Positions 1-12,509 of a DNA stretch of 58,510 bases are shown here, piece after piece (within the stretch, counting starts at the first letter, position 1; each line of letters begins with the position of its first letter). The notes beneath the pieces were generated by a model, which searched no databases, was not told the origin of the DNA, and was given only the letters and a program-made list of their open reading frames with translations. The DNA comes from Carpediemonas membranifera BICM (taxonomy: Eukaryota > Protista > Fornicata), in contig JAHDYR010000050.1 of assembly GCA_019828565.1 (NCBI GenBank), positions 1 to 58,510 of the forward strand, read 5' to 3'. Both the position numbers and the translations under genes were made by a program.

Positions 1-220
1 TCTGCGTGAAACTCCCGCAGTATGCGTCTGGAGTGACAAAAGCGGGTTTGGGGATATCTTCCTCGTGCATCCGCATCTGGTGGTAGCCTTGTCTGAGGTC
101 TGCAAAGTATTTGCAGCCTGATGCTCGGTCTACAAACTCGCGCGTGTTAGGCAGGGGGAAGTTATCCCTCACTGTCTTGGAGTTTAACTCCTTGTAGTCA
201 ATGCAAAGACGGATCTTGGT
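1..220 (-). pseudogene. pol: Ty3/gypsy reverse transcriptase fragment (runs off window edge)
   Basis: Manual minus-strand translation gives KIRLCIDYKELNSKTVRDNFPLP...DLRQGYHQMRMHEEDIPKT, the N-terminal RT motifs of LTR retrotransposons. Confidence 0.9.
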
Positions 221-521
221 CGATCCTTTGTGGCCCTGCCTGACTACTACGATCGGCGAGCTCTTCGACGAGTGCTAAGATGGAGTGGGGAAGGAGCCGC
301 TGGCGACACCATTCGGTGAAGTTCTTGAGAGTGTAGTTCTTGTCGGATGTGTCTATGCCTTCGGCCTTGAGTTCGAGGGCAAATGACTCCTCAATGAGGA
401 CGGACAGTGGGATGCTTGGGTTTTGTATAGTAAAAATCGTTGCTCGGCGCTCAAACTCCTCAAGAGTCTCTAGTGTTAGATTTGAAGGAGAAAGCTCAGG
501 AATTTGAACAGTTAACGACAT
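221..521 (-). pseudogene. Probable gag N-terminus joined out of frame to RT by an internal deletion
   Basis: ORF 198..527 (ATG at 521, MSLTVQIPEL...) lies directly upstream of the RT fragment on the same strand, about 100 nt from the repeat array. The call is positional. Confidence 0.5.
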
Positions 522-619
522 CAGCACAGCTAATACTAGTATTGTCGGTTGAAATCATTTACAGTAAACCGCAGCGCGGTAAAAGTGGTCAAAACTGGAC
601 GGAGCAATTTATAGACCGG

Positions 620-3600
620 TGTCAACGCAACGGTTCGCACAGGAGCACGCGTGCGTGCAGCGTGAGTGTGGGGTGTTCATTCAGAGTCGAGATGTGACTC
701 GACCCCCAAATGGCGAGTCGGACGCGAACGGGCAGCGCGCTCCTGGAATCAGCAGAGCGATACTCACTCCACGTATTCCGGTAGCGCGCGGTCCGGCGCC
801 CTCCGCCCGCCTCGATGCTCGGCCGACCCAACTCGACCCTCGTCTGGATGCGACAGAGCAGGCGATTCCGGCCGAGCTCTGGAGATGAATAGTAGACATA
901 CATGGTGCGTTTACTGACAGTGCGCTGCGTGCGTGCAGCGTGAGTGTGGGGTGTTCATTCAGAGTCGAGATGTGACTCGACCCCCAAATGGCGAGTCGGA
1001 CGCGAACGGGCAGCGCGCTCCTGGAATCAGCAGAGCGATACTCACTCCACGTATTCCGGTAGCGCGCGGTCCGGCGCCCTTCGCCCGCCTCGATGCTCGG
1101 CCGACCCAACTCGACCCTCGTCTGGATGCGACAGAGCAGGCGATTCCGGCCGAGCTCTGGAGATGAATAGTAGACATACATGGTGCGTTTACTGACAGTG
1201 CGCTGCGTGCGTGCAGCGTGAGTGTGGGGTGTTCATTCAGAGTCGAGGTGACTCGACCCCCAAATGGCGAGTCGGACGCGAACGGGCAGCGCGCTCCTGG
1301 AATCAGCAGAGCGATACTCACTCCACGTATTCCGGTAGCGCGCGGTCCGGCGCCCTCCGCCCGCCTCGATGCTCGGCCGACCCAACTCGACCCTCGTCTG
1401 GATGCGACAGAGCAGGCGATTCCGGCCGAGCTCTGGAGATGAATAGTAGACATACATGGTGCGTTTACTGACAGTGCGCTGCGTGCGTGCAGCGTGAGTG
1501 TGGGGTGTTCATTCAGAGTCGAGATGTGACTCGACCCCCAAATGGCGAGTCGGACGCGAACGGGCAGCGCGCTCCTGGAATCAGCAGAGCGATACTCACT
1601 CCACGTATTCCGGTAGCGCGCGGTCCGGCGCCCTCCGCCCGCCTCGATGCTCGGCCGACCCAACTCGACCCTCGTCTGGATGCGACAGAGCAGGCGATTC
1701 CGGCCGAGCTCTGGAGATGAATAGTAGACATACATGGTGCGTTTACTGACAGTGCGCTGCGTGCGTGCAGCGTGAGTGTGGGGTGTTCATTCAGAGTCGA
1801 GATGTGACTCGACCCCCAAATGGCGAGTCGGACGCGAACGGGCAGCGCGCTCCTGGAATCAGCAGAGCGATACTCACTCCACGTATTCCGGTAGCGCGCG
1901 GTCCGGCGCCCTCCGCCCGCCTCGATGCTCGGCCGACCCAACTCGACCCTCGTCTGGATGCGACAGAGCAGGCGATTCCGGCCGAGCTCTGGAGATGAAT
2001 AGTAGACATACATGGTGCGTTTACTGACAGTGCGCTGCGTGCGTGCAGCGTGAGTGTGGGGTGTTCATTCAGAGTCGAGATGTGACTCGACCCCCAAATG
2101 GCGAGTCGGACGCGAACGGGCAGCGCGCTCCTGGAATCAGCAGAGCGATACTCACTCCACGTATTCCGGTAGCGCGCGGTCCGGCGCCCTCCGCCCGCCT
2201 CGATGCTCGGCCGACCCAACTCGACCCTCGTCTGGATGCGACAGAGCAGGCGATTCCGGCCGAGCTCTGGAGATGAATAGTAGACATACATGGTGCGTTT
2301 ACTGACAGTGCGCTGCGTGCGTGCAGCGTGAGTGTGGGGTGTTCATTCAGAGTCGAGATGTGACTCGACCCCCAAATGGCGAGTCGGACGCGAACGGGCA
2401 GCGCGCTCCTGGAATCAGCAGAGCGATACTCACTCCACGTATTCCGGTAGCGCGCGGTCCGGCGCCCTCCGCCCGCCTCGATGCTCGGCCGACCCAACTC
2501 GACCCTCGTCTGGATGCGACAGAGCAGGCGATTCCGGCCGAGCTCTGGAGATGAATAGTAGACATACATGGTGCGTTTACTGACAGTGCGCTGCGTGCGT
2601 GCAGCGTGAGTGTGGGGTGTTCATTCAGAGTCGAGATGTGACTCGACCCCCAAATGGCGAGTCGGACGCGAACGGGCAGCGCGCTCCTGGAATCAGCAGA
2701 GCGATACTCACTCCACGTATTCCGGTAGCGCGCGGTCCGGCGCCCTCCGCCCGCCTCGATGCTCGGCCGACCCAACTCGACCCTCGTCTGGATGCGACAG
2801 AGCAGGCGATTCCGGCCGAGCTCTGGAGATGAATAGTAGACATACATGGTGCGTTTACTGACAGTGCGCTGCGTGCGTGCAGCGTGAGTGTGGGGTGTTC
2901 ATTCAGAGTCGAGATGTGACTCGACCCCCAAATGGCGAGTCGGACGCGAACGGGCAGCGCGCTCCTGGAATCAGCAGAGCGATACTCACTCCACGTATTC
3001 CGGTAGCGCGCGGTCCGGCGCCCTCCGCCCGCCTCGATGCTCGGCCGACCCAACTCGACCCTCGTCTGGATGCGACAGAGCAGGCGATTCCGGCCGAGCT
3101 CTGGAGATGAATAGTAGACATACATGGTGCGTTTACTGACAGTGCGCTGCGTGCGTGCAGCGTGAGTGTGGGGTGTTCATTCAGAGTCGAGATGTGACTC
3201 GACCCCCAAATGGCGAGTCGGACGCGAACGGGCAGCGCGCTCCTGGAATCAGCAGAGCGATACTCACTCCACGTATTCCGGTAGCGCGCGGTCCGGCGCC
3301 CTCCGCCCGCCTCGATGCTCGGCCGACCCAACTCGACCCTCGTCTGGATGCGACAGAGCAGGCGATTCCGGCCGAGCTCTGGAGATGAATAGTAGACATA
3401 CATGGTGCGTTTACTGACAGTGCGCTGCGTGCGTGCAGCGTGAGTGTGGGGTGTTCATTCAGAGTCGAGATGTGACTCGACCCCCAAATGGCGAGTCGGA
3501 CGCGAACGGGCAGCGCGCTCCTGGAATCAGCAGAGCGATACTCACTCCACGTATTCCGGTAGCGCGCGGTCCGGCGCCCTCCGCCCGCCTCGATGCTCGG

Positions 3601-4307
3601 CCGACCCAACTCGACCCTCGTCTGGATGCGACAGAGCAGGCGATTCCGGCCGAGCTCTGGAGATGAATAGTAGACATACATGGTGCGTTTACTGACAGTG
3701 CGCTGCGTGCGTGCAGCGTGAGTGTGGGGTGTTCATTCAGAGTCGAGATGTGACTCGACCCCCAAATGGCGAGTCGGACGCGAACGGGCAGCGCGCTCCT
3801 GGAATCAGCAGAGCGATACTCACTCCACGTATTCCGGTAGCGCGCGGTCCGGCGCCCTCCGCCCGCCTCGATGCTCGGCCGACCCAACTCGACCCTCGTC
3901 TGGATGCGACAGAGCAGGCGATTCCGGCCGAGCTCTGGAGATGAATAGTAGACATACATGGTGCGTTTACTGACAGTGCGCTGCGTGCGTGCAGCGTGAG
4001 TGTGGGGTGTTCATTCAGAGTCGAGATGTGACTCGACCCCCAAATGGCGAGTCGGACGCGAACGGGCAGCGCGCTCCTGGAATCAGCAGAGCGATACTCA
4101 CTCCACGTATTCCGGTAGCGCGCGGTCCGGCGCCCTCCGCCCGCCTCGATGCTCGGCCGACCCAACTCGACCCTCGTCTGGATGCGACAGAGCAGGCGAT
4201 TCCGGCCGAGCTCTGGAGATGAATAGTAGACATACATGGTGCGTTTACTGACAGTGCGCTGCGTGCGTGCAGCGTGAGTGTGGGGTGTTCATTCAGGGCC
4301 GAGATGT
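620..4307. repeat. 278-bp tandem array, 13 full units plus a partial unit, possibly an expanded LTR
   Basis: Exact 278-bp periodicity is visible in the sequence and the ORF track. The units are near-identical (one substitution at 1081, one 2-bp deletion near 1247). Confidence 0.97.
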
Positions 4308-4367
4308 CATGCTGCGTTTTCCGGTACTCTAACCGGGACTTAAAGTCCCAGAATCAAGTCCCGGAAT
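4308..4367 (+). repeat. Left TIR of element 1
   Basis: catgctgcgttttccggtactctaaccgggacttaaagtcccagaatcaagtcccggaat. Its reverse complement matches 45604-45662 with 6 mismatches and 1 gap; it carries iterated GGGACTT/AAGTCCC boxes. Confidence 0.88.
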
Positions 4368-4821
4368 CCTTGATTGATTTTGATCGATGTCGTCGGATCA
4401 TCCCCAAAGTGGGTGACAGTCTTCTACTAGCCTAGTTCTACCTCTGGAAACATTATTAGCGCATGTCGATGTCACAAAAAATATTTATGATCGTTTTCCG
4501 TATCGTCAGTGCAGGATAAGGTCGCATGACTTGGCCAAAGTCGCTCTTCAGAACTCGATCGTCTGACACATACAAACGCTAAAAGTGGTTGGCAAAGATG
4601 CATTAGACCTTGTATATGACGTGTATAGACAAAATTTCGGGTGTTGCACTGTCACCTCTGAGGGGTATCCTCTCAAAAAGTGTTGAAACTCCTACTGTAA
4701 CATCCCCTTGCTGTCCTAGCAACGGAATAGTACTTTATTTACTTCAACTTTATCCCATTCGATAAAGAAAAAGTCAAATTGTGTGAGCAATCTTCAACCT
4801 TAAAGTGCACATACAGGCATC

Positions 4822-6010
4822 ATGGAAAAGACCCAAAAACGAGAAATCCTGATTGCAATTGCAAAAGAAGTATTCTACTTTCAACGCGATTGTGCTCAAG
4901 CCATGCCTGTTGCGGTTTCAGAGGTGTGCTGGGCTATTCTGCCAGATGATATCCGAGCTCTCTACAAGAAGAAGCAAGCGATGGCTTGTTCTCTTCGTCA
5001 TGCCCTTATCCACGCTCTGGATGGACTCGCCCCCCTCGTCTTACCAGATCAACACCGAGGGTAAGGTCAAGGGTGTGTTCCTCAAGGACTTCGGCGAGAT
5101 CAACCTATCAAGGCTGCAGGACAACCTGCAGGCAGCATCAGGTACCACTAGCACTGTGGTATGGCAGCCTCCGGTTTCGCGCTACATCAGCATCCCCTTC
5201 CAGACCTATTCGAAGAAGAAGGACAAGAGGGCTCGGAAACAGTCTCAACCCGCCCCTCAGTCGGTCGTAACTGTTCGTGACAATCTGGCCAGTGAACACA
5301 GACAGCGGGAAGCAGCGCACATCGACCAAGTCGCTTCCCAATTTTCCACATGTGTGGCGCAGGCAACGGCACTTATCCAGACAGGAATGAACCGGCGCCA
5401 CGCACTCGACAACTTCACTTATCAGCAGCTACGAAACTCATTGCGCATGTGTTGTGGGGTCTGTCACGATCCGATGAATCTGCTGCTGAAGATTGAGGAC
5501 GACAACTCCCTGCAGTGCCAACAATGCGAGAGGTACTTCCATTATAGCTGTGTCAGTGGCTACTTGGAGGAGCGAATGGCATACCCGGCATCTAACAGGG
5601 CCGATAAGCAGAAGATATCCATCTGCGATGACTGTAAGGCAATCAATGGTAACGACGAGTGCTTTCATCGTACACCTCCAACCGAGACCACCCAAGCAGC
5701 GGACTGTGGTAGAAGTATTAAGGATGGACCCAGCATGCTCTGCTACTTTTGTTCCAACTGGTTCTGTCCGGATCATATCGCGGACACCGTTTTTGACACT
5801 GGAACTGACATGTTGAAGCGTCCTTCTCGTCGTGTTCCGGTGTGCGTGAATTGCTTTCCTCGCATTCAGAGAGGCCAGCGACAGTTCAACGGTGAGTATA
5901 CCAACGCTGCCCGCGCTATTACAGAGCCATTGACACTCGCGGATGACGAGGCTCGTGATGATGTCAGTATCCGCGAGGAGGTGAGTGATGAGGAGGATGA
6001 CCAAGAGTGA
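4822..6010 (+). CDS. PHD-like zinc-finger protein (ORFs 4822..5064 and 4853..6010, probably one gene with a +1 shift at the C-run near 5030)
   Basis: CGVC...CQQCERYFHYSC...CDDC is a C4HC3 pattern, followed by a second Cys-rich finger and an acidic tail. Confidence 0.75.
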
Positions 6011-6325
6011 TAAGTGGAATAAAATGAACGAATGACTGATGCGGCACATTCTGTTTACGCTATACGACGATTTTTAGAGAGCGCCAGAGAGGTGCTGCAG
6101 GGAGAGAGCTTGTGCTTGCGTATCCTGAGGGATGCGGGATGGGAGGGGCCGACGTAATTGGCCAATCCACGTTTGTGGATCACCTGGTGTCGTCCATACC
6201 GGGCGTCTCTCCGCCACAGGCTGTGTTGCTGCGCATGGAAAGCAGTGTTAACTGTGTTCTATTGCACGATAGCACGGGGTTATTGACTGATGCGGCACCT
6301 ACCTTAAATTGCTCGTCATCCACAG

Positions 6326-7341
6326 TTGTGGATGGACCGATATCGCGCTAAGCATCGCCAAGCACCTCTCAAAGGGCAATCATCCGCTCGACAAGATCAT
6401 CACCTGTTCATTTCACCATGGAACGATGAGCAGCTCCGCATCCTTGGCGATAATGCGCGAGTTCTTCAGCTGCTCGCCATGATGGTCCCTTGGATGCGGA
6501 AGATCTTGGCCTCGCCTGCATTTAACCCCGGGTGCAAGCCCAATAGCACCGAGAAGGACCTCCTCGGCAAAGAGCTCGAACAGGACGTGGATTCATCAAG
6601 AATCCTTCGTGAGATGTCCAATCGAGCGGCGTACAACAAAGCCCATGCCAAGATCATTCGTGATCTCGTTGAGTACCGGAACCGCGCAGCTCACAATGAG
6701 CTTGAGCCCGACACCCTGCCCAAGGTCCTGGAGCTGGTCGAGAGCTTGGCCCAGGCCTTCTCGGTTCCATTGCACGATAACGTCAGGGCGTTCATCGCGC
6801 TGCTTAAGTCGCCAGTGTCGCTCGTTGCGACAAGTGAACATCATGCTCTGACGAAGAAGGTCAGCATTCTTGAGGATGAGATTGAGAGGCTGCGCGTAGC
6901 GGCGGCCGTAAGACCATGCTCAGGCTGCCAGGTGTCAGGTCTCAGCCGGAGCCCACCACTTTGGAGCAGGCAACGATGACGACTTCGGACGTCGGAGACC
7001 TGGATGAGCCGAGGCCCAGGCCCGAAGACACGGGCAAGACGCGCGGTACGCTCATGTCCCGCACACTGACTGCTAGCCAGGTGGACCAGCTAGCTATGGT
7101 TAGAACGCATGACCCCCCGCTTGTCCTGTCAGGACGTTGCATCGTGTGCGGGGGCTCATGCGAGACCTCAGAGTGGGCTTGCCGTCGTACCTCAACGACG
7201 ACACCCAAAGATCCTTGCCGAACGTTGATTCGGAAGGTTAAGATTGGGAATACTCGCGACGTCTCTGTCTACCTCACAGATGAGGCATTTGAGTGGGTCA
7301 AGCGTCGCGATCCGACAGGCAAGAGAGCGAGACAGGAATAA
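6326..7341 (+). CDS. HEPN-motif protein with C-terminal Zn ribbon (frameshifted copy; intact copy at 39792..40805)
   Basis: YRNRAAHN fits the RxxxxH HEPN motif in a helical domain; C-terminal GRCIVCG...C...C. Confidence 0.6.
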
Positions 7342-7362
7342 ATGAATGTATATGTGCATGTC

Positions 7363-7739
7363 TGGGCCTCAGCGCTGTCGTTCAGGCCAATCCACGTTTG
7401 TGGATCCGTGCAGTTTATGGCTTATCGACCGGACATCTCCTGAACTGAGCGCCAGGGGGCGGAGGTGGCGTTGGCGTGGGGCGTGGAGGCGCTGGGGGCG
7501 GGGGTGGCGTTGATATTGGGCAATTACATAAAGTGCACGGTGCTTGGAATTTCATTCCAACCTCAAAAATGGCGGGAAAGCATTATTGGAAGGAACTAGT
7601 GGCAGCTATGCGGTTCTTTATACTGCAAAAGCAACCAGCTGTCGTCAAAAAGCGCGCCATCTACCATCAATAACCAACATCTGCGTTGCACTCCACTGTT
7701 CTCGGTCGTTAATGCACAAAAATCACTAAAACAACATCA
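7363..7739 (+). repeat. About 375-bp intergenic dispersed repeat, copy 1
   Basis: Near-identical copies at 10649-11021, 12510-12885 and 14326-14701, inverted copies at 39398-39770 and 41431-41803, and a partial copy at 22625-22680. Confidence 0.95.
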
Positions 7740-7778
7740 GAAAGGAACAAAAGATAGATACTATAGACGTCCGTTTAC

Positions 7779-8507
7779 CTATTCAGCCAGGCGCAGGTAC
7801 TGACGCGCCGTCTCTCGGGCAGAAGATATACCATGGAGGGATGCGTTCTGGGCAAGGCGCTTGAACGACACAACGAACAGCGGAAGTCGCTCCCACTCTC
7901 CTTGGGCCCAGTAGTGATGGTCGTACTCGAGTGATAAATATTCGTAGGGGTGAATTGTTCGAACGCACACGAAGAAGAGAAGCGGGAGCAGTTTCGTCTC
8001 ATCAGCAGCAACACGAACAAGAACGTGACCAATGTGGCACTGCACATTGGTCACGACCGGGTTGTCGTTGATGCGATGGACACCGATTGTTTCAGGGTTG
8101 GCGCTGACGCAAAACTGGGTTCCATCGATGAGGTAGTCGTAGTTACCATTTGACTGGCGCTCATGGATGACCTCACCAGCATAGACACCGACCAGAGAAC
8201 CGACGTCGATTCGGTGCGACGAGATGACCCCTTGGCCAACATCGGTGCCCATGAGGGACTTCTGTGGCTCAAGAAGGATCCCATCTGCGGTCTTAGCGAT
8301 GCCGTTCTCAAGTAGTTCTTCGCCTGCATGCTCAGAGTCCGCCTTCTTGCCACCTGCACCGAGGAACTGCTCTCTATCCTCCTTAGAGAGCTTTTTCAGA
8401 GACATCAATTTCTCGTAATCATCTAAAAGACATTGTAATGTTCTCTCTTCCTCTGATCCATCTGTAGCAACATGCGGGATCATGATAGTGTGCATTCCTG
8501 TTGTCAC
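7779..8507 (-). CDS. Stand-alone SET-like domain protein
   Basis: GQGV...IDVGSLVGVYAGEV...HRINDN...RTIHPYEYLSLEY follows the SET motif order GxG, YxG, RFINHS-like, ELxFDY-like. Confidence 0.72.
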   Translation of the reverse strand: MTTGMHTIMIPHVATDGSEEERTLQCLLDDYEKLMSLKKLSKEDREQFLGAGGKKADSEHAGEELLENGIAKTADGILLEPQKSLMGTDVGQGVISSHRIDVGSLVGVYAGEVIHERQSNGNYDYLIDGTQFCVSANPETIGVHRINDNPVVTNVQCHIGHVLVRVAADETKLLPLLFFVCVRTIHPYEYLSLEYDHHYWAQGEWERLPLFVVSFKRLAQNASLHGISSARETARQYLRLAE

Positions 8508-8663
8508 TCACAATTGCGAAACTCGCTCTCTGTTCCATAACCTGCACATCGGATTTGAACGATGACGACAGACAGCCAACAGTGGATCGCATTTGAGCAT
8601 CTTGCGGCTCTATAAACCACTATAAAGCGTGGTAAGATAGAGACCGCAAGTCAATGCATCAAC

Positions 8664-9296
8664 ATGATCGAGGATTCCTGTGTGGAACGATTTGTGATGT
8701 TCTGGCTAACTACAGAGAACGCGGCGACGATTTACAACGAGAAAACGGCTGCTCTGCAGGAGAGCTATGGAGACGGAGTTGAGGACGACAACTCCCTGCA
8801 GTGCCAACAATGCGAGAGGTACTTCCATTATAGCTGTGTCAGTGGCTACTTGGAGGAGCGAATGGCATACCCGGCATCTAACAGGGCCGATAAGCAGAAG
8901 ATATCCATCTGCGATGACTGTAAGGCAATCAATGGTAACGACGAGTGCTTTCATCGTACACCTCCAACCGAGACCACCCAAGCAGCGGACTGTGGTAGAA
9001 GTATTAAGGATGGACCCAGCATGCTCTGCTACTTTTGTTCCAACTGGTTCTGTCCGGATCATATCGCGGACACCGTTTTTGACACTGGAACTGACATGTT
9101 GAAGCGTCCTTCTCGTCGTGTTCCGGTGTGCGTGAATTGCTTTCCTCGCATTCAGAGAGGCCAGCGACAGTTCAACGGTGAGTATACCAACGCTGCCCGC
9201 GCTATTACAGAGCCATTGACACTCGCGGATGACGAGGCTCGTGATGATGTCAGTATCCGCGAGGAGGTGAGTGATGAGGAGGATGACCAAGAGTGA
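8664..9296 (+). CDS. Chimeric ORF formed at the duplication junction (family-X N-terminus fused to PHD C-terminus)
   Basis: The first about 38 aa match the 11844 gene; the rest is identical to the C-terminus of 4853..6010. Confidence 0.7.
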   Translation: MIEDSCVERFVMFWLTTENAATIYNEKTAALQESYGDGVEDDNSLQCQQCERYFHYSCVSGYLEERMAYPASNRADKQKISICDDCKAINGNDECFHRTPPTETTQAADCGRSIKDGPSMLCYFCSNWFCPDHIADTVFDTGTDMLKRPSRRVPVCVNCFPRIQRGQRQFNGEYTNAARAITEPLTLADDEARDDVSIREEVSDEEDDQE

Positions 9297-9610
9297 TAAG
9301 TGGAATAAAATGAACGAATGACTGATGCGGCACATTCTGTTTACGCTATACGACGATTTTAGAGAGCGCCAGAGAGGTGCTGCAGGGAGAGAGCTTGTGC
9401 TTGCGTATCCTGAGGGATGCGGGATGGGAGGGGCCGACGTAATTGGCCAATCCACGTTTGTGGATCACCTGGTGTCGTCCATACCGGGCGTCTCTCCGCC
9501 ACAGGCTGTGTTGCTGCGCATGGAAAGCAGTGTTAACTGTGTTCTATTGCACGATAGCACGGGGTTATTGACTGATGCGGCACCTACCTTAAATTGCTCG
9601 TCATCCACAG

Positions 9611-10627
9611 TTGTGGATGGACCGATATCGCGCTAAGCATCGCCAAGCACCTCTCAAAGGGCAATCATCCGCTCGACAAGATCATCACCTGTTCATTTCA
9701 CCATGGAACGATGAGCAGCTCCGCATCCTTGGCGATAATGCGCGAGTTCTTCAGCTGCTCGCCATGATGGTCCCTTGGATGCGGAAGATCTTGGCCTCGC
9801 CTGCATTTAACCCCGGGTGCAAGCCCAATAGCACCGAGAAGGACCTCCTCGGCAAAGAGCTCGAACAGGACGTGGATTCATCAAGAATCCTTCGTGAGAT
9901 GTCCAATCGAGCGGCGTACAACAAAGCCCATGCCAAGATCATTCGTGATCTCGTTGAGTACCGGAACCGCGCAGCTCACAATGAGCTTGAGCCCGACACC
10001 CTGCCCAAGGTCCTGGAGCTGGTCGAGAGCTTGGCCCAGGCCTTCTCGGTTCCATTGCACGATAACGTCAGGGCGTTCATCGCGCTGCTTAAGTCGCCAG
10101 TGTCGCTCGTTGCGACAAGTGAACATCATGCTCTGACGAAGAAGGTCAGCATTCTTGAGGATGAGATTGAGAGGCTGCGCGTAGCGGCGGCCGTAAGACC
10201 ATGCTCAGGCTGCCAGGTGTCAGGTCTCAGCCGGTGCCCACCACTTTGGAGCAGGCAACGATGACGACTTCGGACGTCGGAGACCTGGATGAGCCGAGGC
10301 CCAGGCCCGAAGACACGGGCAAGACGCGCGGTACGCTCATGTCCCGCACACTGACTGCTAGCCAGGTGGACCAGCTAGCTATGGCCAGAACGCATGACCC
10401 CCCGCTTGTCCTGTCAGGACGTTGCATCGTGTGCGGGGGCTCATGCGAGACCTCAGAGTGGGCTTGCCGTCGTACCCTCAACGACGACACCCAAAGATCC
10501 TTGCCGAACGTTGATTCGGAAGGTTAAGATTGGGAATACTCGCGACGTCTCTGTCTACCTCACAGATGAGGCATTTGAGTGGGTCAAGCGTCGCGATCCG
10601 ACAGGCAAGAGAGCGAGACAGGAATAA
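9611..10627 (+). CDS. HEPN-motif/Zn-ribbon protein, duplicate copy (frameshifted)
   Basis: Near-identical to 6326..7341. Confidence 0.6.
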
Positions 10628-10648
10628 ATGAATGTATATGTGCATGTC

Positions 10649-11021
10649 TGGGCCTCAGCGCTGTCGTTCAGGCCAATCCACGTTTGTGGATCCGTGCAGT
10701 TTATGGCTTATCGACCGGACATCTCCTGAACTGAGCGCCAGGGGGCGGAGGTGGCGTTGGCGTGGGGCGTGGAGGCGCTGGGGGCGGGGGTGGCGTTGAT
10801 ATTGGGCAATTACATAAAGTGCACGGTGCTTGGAATTTCATTCCAACCTCAAAATGGCGGGAAAGCATTATTGGAAGGAACTAGTGGCAGCTATGCGGTT
10901 CTTTATACTGCAAAAGCAACCAGCTGTCGTCAAAAGCGCGCCATCTACCATCAATAACCAACATCTGCGTTGCACTCCACTGTTCTCGGTCGTTAATGCA
11001 CAAAATCACTAAACAACATCA
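10649..11021 (+). repeat. About 375-bp intergenic repeat, copy 2
   Basis: Near-identical to 7363-7739. Confidence 0.95.
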
Positions 11022-11060
11022 GAAAGGAACAAAAGATAGATACTATAGACGTCCGTTTAC

Positions 11061-11789
11061 CTATTCAGCCAGGCGCAGGTACTGACGCGCCGTCTCTCGG
11101 GCAGAAGATATACCATGGAGGGATGCGTTCTGGGCAAGGCGCTTGAACGACACAACGAACAGCGGAAGTCGCTCCCACTCTCCTTGGGCCCAGTAGTGAT
11201 GGTCGTACTCGAGTGATAAATATTCGTAGGGGTGAATTGTTCGAACGCACACGAAGAAGAGAAGCGGGAGCAGTTTCGTCTCATCAGCAGCAACACGAAT
11301 AAGAACGTGACCAATGTGGCACTGCACATTGGTCACGACCGGGTTGTCGTTGATGCGATGGACACCGATTGTTTCAGGGTTGGCGCTGACGCAAAACTGG
11401 GTTCCATCGATGAGGTAGTCGTAGTTACCATTTGACTGGCGCTCATGGATGACCTCACCAGCATAGACACCGACCAGAGAACCGACGTCGATTCGGTGCG
11501 ACGAGATGACCCCTTGGCCAACATCGGTGCCCATGAGGGACTTCTGTGGCTCAAGAAGGATCCCATCTGCGGTCTTAGCGATGCCGTTCTCAAGTAGTTC
11601 TTCGCCTGCATGCTCAGAGTCCGCCTTCTTGCCACCTGCACCGAGGAACTGCTCTCTATCCTCCTTAGAGAGCTTTTTCAGAGACATCAATTTCTCGTAA
11701 TCATCTAAAAGACATTGTAATGTTCTCTCTTCCTCTGATCCATCTGTAGCAACATGCGGGATCATGATAGTGTGCATTCCTGTTGTCAC
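11061..11789 (-). CDS. SET-like domain protein, duplicate copy
   Basis: One amino-acid difference from 7779..8507. Confidence 0.72.
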   Translation of the reverse strand: MTTGMHTIMIPHVATDGSEEERTLQCLLDDYEKLMSLKKLSKEDREQFLGAGGKKADSEHAGEELLENGIAKTADGILLEPQKSLMGTDVGQGVISSHRIDVGSLVGVYAGEVIHERQSNGNYDYLIDGTQFCVSANPETIGVHRINDNPVVTNVQCHIGHVLIRVAADETKLLPLLFFVCVRTIHPYEYLSLEYDHHYWAQGEWERLPLFVVSFKRLAQNASLHGISSARETARQYLRLAE

Positions 11790-11843
11790 TCACAATTGCG
11801 AAACTCGCTCTCTGTTCCATAACCTGCACATCGGATTTGAACG

Positions 11844-12447
11844 ATGACGACAGACAGCCAACAGTGGATCGCATTTGAGCATCTTGCGGCTCTATACACC
11901 ACTATAAAGCGTGGTAAGATAGAGACCGCAAGTCAATGCATCAACATGATCGAGGATTCCTGTGTGGAACGATTTGTGATGTTCTGGCTAACTACAGAGA
12001 ACGCGGCGACGATTTTACAACGAGAAAACGGCTGCTCTGCAGGAGAGCTATGGAGACGGAGTTGTGCGGTGCTCGGGTACGGACAGCATCACGAGAACAA
12101 TATCATCTTCCTCTCGTGGTGTCGAGCATGTATCGAGCATTGAGCGAGCATCAAGCGTCATGCAGCGTCACTTGGAGTTCCTGCATTGGGGCAAGATCGC
12201 CCTTTCCTGTAGCGGCAGGACGCTAGCTGACTTTGCGACTCAGCACTTCCCCTTCCGTGTCTCTGATATTGAACGCAAGATTGTCTTCGTGATGGTCACC
12301 GTTCCCAATGAGTTCATGGTTTGGTATAAGGCGCTTGTTGACGAGAAGATCGATGAAGAAGAGTTTACCTACTACATCATTTATCGTCTTAACTCCAGCG
12401 CGAAGGATCACATGGTTGTTAATGCCCTAACCTTCAAATATGAATGA
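11844..12447 (+). CDS. Unknown protein, family X (frameshift at T-run near 12014); paralog of 30342..30950
   Basis: FRVSDIERKIVFVMVTVPNEFMVWYKALV..IDEEEF aligns with VRLSIFDRYAIYVAKKAPSLYASWVESLL..TSIEEL. Confidence 0.55.
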
Positions 12448-12509
12448 TCAGAGAGAGTGATGTGGTTAAATGGATTGAAAATGAGTCTTTTTAATGTCTC
12501 ACCACCTGT

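Larger units (their letters stand above)
5493..12064 (+). repeat. Tandem duplication of about 3.29 kb (5493-8781 and 8779-12064)
   Basis: Near-identical gene blocks offset by about 3285 bp, with TTG microhomology at the junction. Confidence 0.93.

Noticed and set aside
680-960. Hammerhead or HDV ribozyme in the repeat unit
   Set aside because: No CUGAnGA plus GAAA core was found on either strand, and the HDV-like P1 encloses only 12 nt, too short for P2/P3. An Infernal scan would be needed to exclude other classes.
619-4251. Repeated 72-258 aa ORFs in the 278-bp arrays
   Set aside because: They arise in several frames on both strands of a GC-rich repeat whose length is not a multiple of 3, and show no protein motifs.
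620-4307. CRISPR array
   Set aside because: The units are fully identical with no unique spacers, and there are no cas genes.
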